In this document: piece after piece, positions 59,859 to 64,000 of the stretch
Layout: each line of letters opens with the position of its first letter
Position numbering within the stretch: the first letter of the stretch is position 1
Assembly: GCA_035433205.1 (NCBI GenBank)
Contig: DAORUN010000003.1
Span: 4,574 to 68,573, forward strand
DNA from: Thermoflexales bacterium
GTDB lineage: Bacteria > Chloroflexota > Anaerolineae > J036 > Brachytrichaceae
Length of the DNA stretch: 64,000 bases
Direction of reading: 5' to 3'
Translations under genes and position numbers: made by a program
The notes under the pieces: model-generated
Databases searched by the model: none
The model's input: only the letters and a program-made list of their open reading frames with translations
Told to the model about the DNA's origin: nothing

Positions 59859-60968
59859 ATGCGCGCAGCAATTTTGCACGATTGGCTAAATCAGCTTGGC
59901 GGCGCGGAGGAAGTGCTGGAGGTTTTGCACGGCATGTATCCATCCGCCCCGATTTTAACCAGCATTTATGACCGCGCCCGAATGCCGCAGGCGTGGCAAA
60001 GCTGGGATATTCGCAGTTCTTGGATGGATCGCTTACCCGCCGTGCATCGCCGCCACCAGCCGTATTTGCCGCTGTTTGCGCTGGCCTGGGCCATGCGCCG
60101 CACCCCGCCAGATGCCGACCTTGTGCTGAGCAACAAAAGCGGGTTTTGCATTGGCGCACGCACGGGCAACACGCCGCACGTGTGTTATTGCCTCGCGCCT
60201 TCGCGTTACGTGTTTGATCTGCAAGCTTACGCCGCCAACGAATCCATCCCCAAACCGGCCATGCCCGTTTTGGCCGCGCTAAACATTGGGCTGAGGCGGT
60301 GGGAGCGGGCGGCGGCTCAGCGCGTGACGCAGTTTGTGGCGATTTCCTCAGAAATCCAGAACCGCATCAAAAAATATTACGGCCGCGATTCGGTCATCAT
60401 TTACCCGCCGGTGGATGTGGACAAATATTGGCGCAAGGCCGCGCAACCGGGCGGGGTGGGGGATGGGTTTTTCCTGATTGTTTCGCGGCTGCTTCCCTAC
60501 AAACGCATTGACTTGGCGATTCAAGCTTGCAACCAGCTTGGGCTTCCGCTGGTGATTGCGGGCGCGGGCCGAGATGAGGCGCGGCTGCGGGCGATGGCCG
60601 GGCCAACGGTCAAATTGCTGGGGCGGGTGAGCGATGAAACTTTGGCCGAGCTGCTCAACGCGTGCCGCGGGTTTATCTTCCCCGGTCTGGAGGATTTTGG
60701 CATCGCGCCTATTCATGCCATGGCTTGCGGCAAGCCCGTGATTGCCTTCGCGGGGGGCGGCTCGCTGGACACGGTGAAGGATGGCGTGACCGGCATTTTG
60801 TTTGACAATCTAAGCGCCGATTCGCTCGCGGCGGCCATCCGCAAATTTTCTGATGTAACATTTGCGCCCGATTTGATTCGCGGCCATGCGGAACAATTCA
60901 GCGTGGCGCGTTTTGAACGAGAGTTGGTTAAAATAATTTCCGAGACGTTACGCAAAGCCGGAAATTAG
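59859..60968 (+). CDS. Glycosyltransferase family 4
   Basis: MRAAILHDWLNQLGGAEEVLEVL N-terminus and the EDFGIAPIHAMACGKPVIA block. Confidence 0.8.
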   Translation: MRAAILHDWLNQLGGAEEVLEVLHGMYPSAPILTSIYDRARMPQAWQSWDIRSSWMDRLPAVHRRHQPYLPLFALAWAMRRTPPDADLVLSNKSGFCIGARTGNTPHVCYCLAPSRYVFDLQAYAANESIPKPAMPVLAALNIGLRRWERAAAQRVTQFVAISSEIQNRIKKYYGRDSVIIYPPVDVDKYWRKAAQPGGVGDGFFLIVSRLLPYKRIDLAIQACNQLGLPLVIAGAGRDEARLRAMAGPTVKLLGRVSDETLAELLNACRGFIFPGLEDFGIAPIHAMACGKPVIAFAGGGSLDTVKDGVTGILFDNLSADSLAAAIRKFSDVTFAPDLIRGHAEQFSVARFERELVKIISETLRKAGN

Positions 60969-61056
60969 CGCAGTTAGTCATATCTCACCGCAGAGACGCA
61001 AAGGCACAAAGGGATTTCTAAGAAAACAATCCTCAGCGCCTGTGTGCCCCTGCGGC

Positions 61057-61062
61057 GAATAT
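61057..61062 (+). promoter_or_regulatory. Candidate -10 box (GAATAT) 9 nt upstream of the topA ATG
   Basis: GAATAT-ccaaatttt-ATG. No SD motif. Confidence 0.25.
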
Positions 61063-61071
61063 CCAAATTTT

Positions 61072-63549
61072 ATGGAAGCATTTTGTTTTAAATGCCGGGG
61101 CAAACACGAGTTGCTCAATCCCCGGCCAATTTTTTTTGAGAACGGCTCGCCTGCTACGCAGGGCACGTGCTCCAATTGCGGCAACGAAAAGGTGTTCAAG
61201 ATGGGCCGCACGCCAGAGCATGAGGGCCTGACCCCGCCAGAGCGCAAGCCGCGTGAGCCAAAGCCGAAGGCCGAGAAAGCGCCATCCAAACGAACAGCCA
61301 AAGGCAAGCAGGCTGCCACCAGCGCCAAAAAGGCCGAGGGCAAAAAGGCGCTGGCGATTAAGGCCGGGCATCATGGCAGCGCCCCGCTGGTGATTGTTGA
61401 ATCACCCACCAAGGCCAAGACCATTGGCAAGTTTCTGGGCAGCAAATATCGCGTCAAGGCTTCGGTGGGGCATATCCGCGATTTGCCCAAGAGCCGGCTG
61501 GGCGTGGATGTAGACAATGATTTTGCGCCCACATACATTGTGCCAATGGCAAAGAAAGCCACGGTCAAAGAGCTAAAGCAGATCGCCGCAAACGCCAGCT
61601 CGTTTTGGCTGGCCACCGACCCCGACCGCGAGGGCGAGGCGATTTCGTGGCACTTGAAAGAGGCGTTGGCCGACCAGATTGGCGATAAACCCGTTCACCG
61701 CGTGGAGTTTCATGAGATTACCAAAGAGGCGATTGACCATGCCTTTGCCAACCCGCGCCAAATTGATGGCAATCAGGTGAACGCTCAGCAGGCGCGGCGC
61801 ATTTTGGATCGGTTGGTGGGTTACAAACTCAGCCCGCTGCTGAGTGACAAGTTGAGCATGCGCGGCCTGAGCGCGGGGCGGGTCCAATCGGTGGCGCTGC
61901 GTTTGGTGGTAGATCGCGAGCGCGAGATTCAGGCGTTTGTGCCGGTTGAGTATTGGACGATTGAAGCCGAGCTGGAGAAGCAAGATAAACAGTCGCGCTC
62001 GTTCCGCGCCAAACTTTACAAACTGCGCGGGCAAGACCCTGACCTCGGCAATGAGGCAGACGCCAGCCAGGTTGTGAGGGAGCTTGAGGGCGCGGCTTAT
62101 CGCGTGGAAAATGTGGAGACGCGGCCTCAGCAACGCCGCCCAACCGCGCCATTCACCACCAGCACCATGCAGCAAGAAGCCAGCCGCAAGCTGGGTTTTA
62201 ACGCGCGCCGCACAATGGGCGCGGCGCAGGGTTTGTATGAGGGCGTGGATGTGGGGGAGGGGACGGTTGGCCTCATCACGTATATGCGCACAGACAGCGT
62301 GAATGTGGCCGAGAGCGCCCAGGCCGAAGCGCGGCAATTCATCACCGAGCGATATGGCGCGGAGTTTATGCCAGACGCGCCGCCCAAATACACCTCGCGG
62401 GCCAAGAACGCCCAGCTTGCCCACGAGGCCATCCGCCCAACCAGCGCGTTTAGAACGCCGGAGATGCTGAAGAATTTTCTGGAGCCGGATCAGCTTAAGC
62501 TATACGATTTGATTTGGCGCAGGTTTGTGGCCAGCCAAATGGCAAATGCGGTGTTTGATGTGACCCGTGTGGACATAGACGCGCACCCAACCGCGGCTTC
62601 ATCGGCACAGGTTTACCAGCCTCTGGCCTTGTATTGGTTCCGCGTGAGCGGGTCGGTGGTCAAGTTCAGCGGCTTTTTGCGGGTGTATGAAGAAAGCCAT
62701 GATGAAGGCGACAAATTGGATGAAACCGAGCAAGCCGAACAAGACAAGCGTTTGCCGGAGATGAGCGCGCTGGAGCTGCTTGATCTCATCCAACTGCACG
62801 CCGACCAGCACTTTACCCAACCGCCGCCACGCTACACCGAGGCCAGCCTGGTAAAAGTGATGGAAGAGTTTGGAATTGGGCGGCCCAGCACGTATGCCAC
62901 CATCATGACCACGATTCAGACGCGCAATTACGTGCGGCGGCAAGGCAAAACGTTGTTCCCAACCGAGCTGGGTTTTAAGGCCAACGACATGCTGGTGGGC
63001 AACTTTGCGCGATACATTGATGTTGGTTTTACCGCGCACATTGAGGATGAATTGGATGACGTTGAAACTGGCGCGCGCGAGTGGGCGCCGGTGCTTCACG
63101 AGTTCTTTGATCCGTTTCGGAAAGCCGTGGAATTGGCCGCGACCACCATCCCCAAAGCGGAGAAAGTGTTGGAATTAACAGGCGAGATGTGCCCGGATTG
63201 CGGGCATCCGCTGGCATATCGCACGGGTCGGTTTGGCAAGTTCATTGGCTGCACAAATTTTCCGGCTTGCAAACACATAGAGCCAATTGCGCTGCCCGGC
63301 GTGCGTTGCCCCAAATGTGGCGGCAAGCTGGCCGAGAAACGCGCCAAGAAGGGCGGGCGCGTGTTCTATGGCTGCACAAATTATCCAAACTGCGATTTCA
63401 CCACCTGGAGCAGACCCATCCCCATGGCTTGCCCAACTGGCGATGGCGGCTTGATGGTGGAAGCGGGGAAGGGCAAAGCCAAATGCCTGCATTGCGAACA
63501 GACATTCGAGATCCCGCAAGACGAGCCTGCGCAATTGCCATCGGCATAA
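61072..63549 (+). CDS. topA: DNA topoisomerase I with N-terminal Cys4 zinc-ribbon and Lys-rich extension
   Basis: LVIVESPTKAKTIGKFLG Toprim start, TDPDREGEAISWH, the active-site region GLITYMRTDS and three C-terminal CxxC...CxxC fingers. The N-terminus MEAFCFKCRGKHE...GTCSNCGNEKVF is a DUF5679-like ribbon. The tracked GTG at 61042 was trimmed to the ATG at 61072. Confidence 0.9.
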   Translation: MEAFCFKCRGKHELLNPRPIFFENGSPATQGTCSNCGNEKVFKMGRTPEHEGLTPPERKPREPKPKAEKAPSKRTAKGKQAATSAKKAEGKKALAIKAGHHGSAPLVIVESPTKAKTIGKFLGSKYRVKASVGHIRDLPKSRLGVDVDNDFAPTYIVPMAKKATVKELKQIAANASSFWLATDPDREGEAISWHLKEALADQIGDKPVHRVEFHEITKEAIDHAFANPRQIDGNQVNAQQARRILDRLVGYKLSPLLSDKLSMRGLSAGRVQSVALRLVVDREREIQAFVPVEYWTIEAELEKQDKQSRSFRAKLYKLRGQDPDLGNEADASQVVRELEGAAYRVENVETRPQQRRPTAPFTTSTMQQEASRKLGFNARRTMGAAQGLYEGVDVGEGTVGLITYMRTDSVNVAESAQAEARQFITERYGAEFMPDAPPKYTSRAKNAQLAHEAIRPTSAFRTPEMLKNFLEPDQLKLYDLIWRRFVASQMANAVFDVTRVDIDAHPTAASSAQVYQPLALYWFRVSGSVVKFSGFLRVYEESHDEGDKLDETEQAEQDKRLPEMSALELLDLIQLHADQHFTQPPPRYTEASLVKVMEEFGIGRPSTYATIMTTIQTRNYVRRQGKTLFPTELGFKANDMLVGNFARYIDVGFTAHIEDELDDVETGAREWAPVLHEFFDPFRKAVELAATTIPKAEKVLELTGEMCPDCGHPLAYRTGRFGKFIGCTNFPACKHIEPIALPGVRCPKCGGKLAEKRAKKGGRVFYGCTNYPNCDFTTWSRPIPMACPTGDGGLMVEAGKGKAKCLHCEQTFEIPQDEPAQLPSA

Positions 63550-63580
63550 TTGTTTTGTCAAATTGCAAGCGCCTGCTTGC

Positions 63581-63621
63581 AAAAACCAAGCGGGTCAAGA
63601 ATTTTGACCCGCTTGGTTTTT
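63581..63621 (+). terminator. Rho-independent terminator of topA
   Basis: AAAAACCAAGCGGGTCAA-gaatt-TTGACCCGCTTGGTTTTT. It is preceded by a smaller TTGCAAGC...GCTTGCAA hairpin at 63562-63581. Confidence 0.85.
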
Positions 63622-63751
63622 GCCTTAACTTTTGTTTATGAGTGGGGGCAGATAATTTGACTTGGGTTGGCAAAAGGATAAAATTCCGACTTCCAAAACC
63701 CGATTCAAGATGTTTGGTTTTGGCGCATTATTTCTTAAGGGAGTTCATCAG

Positions 63752-64000
63752 ATGAAACACACACGCTTACTTTTAGCTTTTTTTATCTCTATTTCAATAT
63801 CTGGCAGCGCTTATGCGCGCGAGACATTGGAGCCATCGCCGATGCCACAAGGCCCAGAAACCTTGATCGCGGATTCGGGGTTTCGCCCGGCAGATAACGG
63901 ATTTCAATTCGAAAACTACTCAAACAACATCCCCGGTTTGATTAATTTGACCGTGGCTGAAATGCGGCGCATGTTTGGAGATCGCGTTTGCGGCAGTTTG
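63752..64000 (+). CDS. Secreted hypothetical protein, 5' fragment running off the window
   Basis: The ATG is preceded by AAGGGAG. MKHTRLLLAFFISISISGSAYA is a signal peptide. The frame is open to the window end. Confidence 0.45.
   Translation, partial: MKHTRLLLAFFISISISGSAYARETLEPSPMPQGPETLIADSGFRPADNGFQFENYSNNIPGLINLTVAEMRRMFGDRVCGSL

Noticed and set aside
1-64000. Prophage, integrative element or defence island
   Set aside because: No integrase, transposase, recombinase, phage structural, toxin-antitoxin, restriction-modification or cas genes were recognised. The tRNA genes are not flanked by direct repeats of their 3' ends.

Overview
Chromosomal window of moderately high GC with dense coding: about 53 protein genes and 2 tRNAs. 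I found no rRNA, CRISPR array, transposase, integrase or phage genes. The gene content suggests a monoderm, possibly Chloroflexota-like organism, but this is a low-confidence guess. The ORF track uses GTG and TTG as well as ATG starts, and I trimmed several N-termini to internal ATGs where domain boundaries, neighbouring genes or SD sequences supported it. Four themes stand out. (1) Cell-envelope glycan genes are very abundant. A co-directional nine-gene locus at 1-14662 holds six large polytopic GT-C-like membrane proteins, one fused to a sugar-dehydrogenase-type beta-propeller, plus an SGNH/DltD-like protein, an MBOAT and a GT4. Further GT-C/YfhO/GT4/GT28/rfbB/Wzm genes lie at 24.6-32.2 kb and 54.3-61 kb. 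(2) A long minus-strand array at 37.9-48.1 kb reads SorC-type regulator, 2-oxoacid dehydrogenase E1alpha/E1beta/E2 (no E3), GutM, then a glucitol-type PTS. In this PTS SrlE is split into two genes in permuted order and a SAF-domain NAD oxidoreductase sits where SrlD normally is; HPr and Enzyme I follow. (3) Housekeeping genes include lysC, holA, glgP, rnz, topA (with an N-terminal zinc-ribbon and Lys-rich extension), tRNA-Arg(CCG) and tRNA-Leu(GAG). (4) The most unusual non-coding signal is a dispersed family of hairpins, often nested, whose stems are built from 3-5 tandem copies of a 7-nt unit (GAATTCT, AATTACG, GGACGAT, AAGAAAT, AGCAACT, ATTGGGT, GACGGAG and others). They sit at a large share of gene junctions. 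The same unit recurs at loci tens of kb apart. At least twice such an element, or a related perfect palindrome, lies in frame inside a coding sequence. Two further short hairpin families (GTCTCGCAGAC core and CGCCCGGAGC core) also recur. All functional calls rest on motif recognition in the supplied translations. No database search was run.
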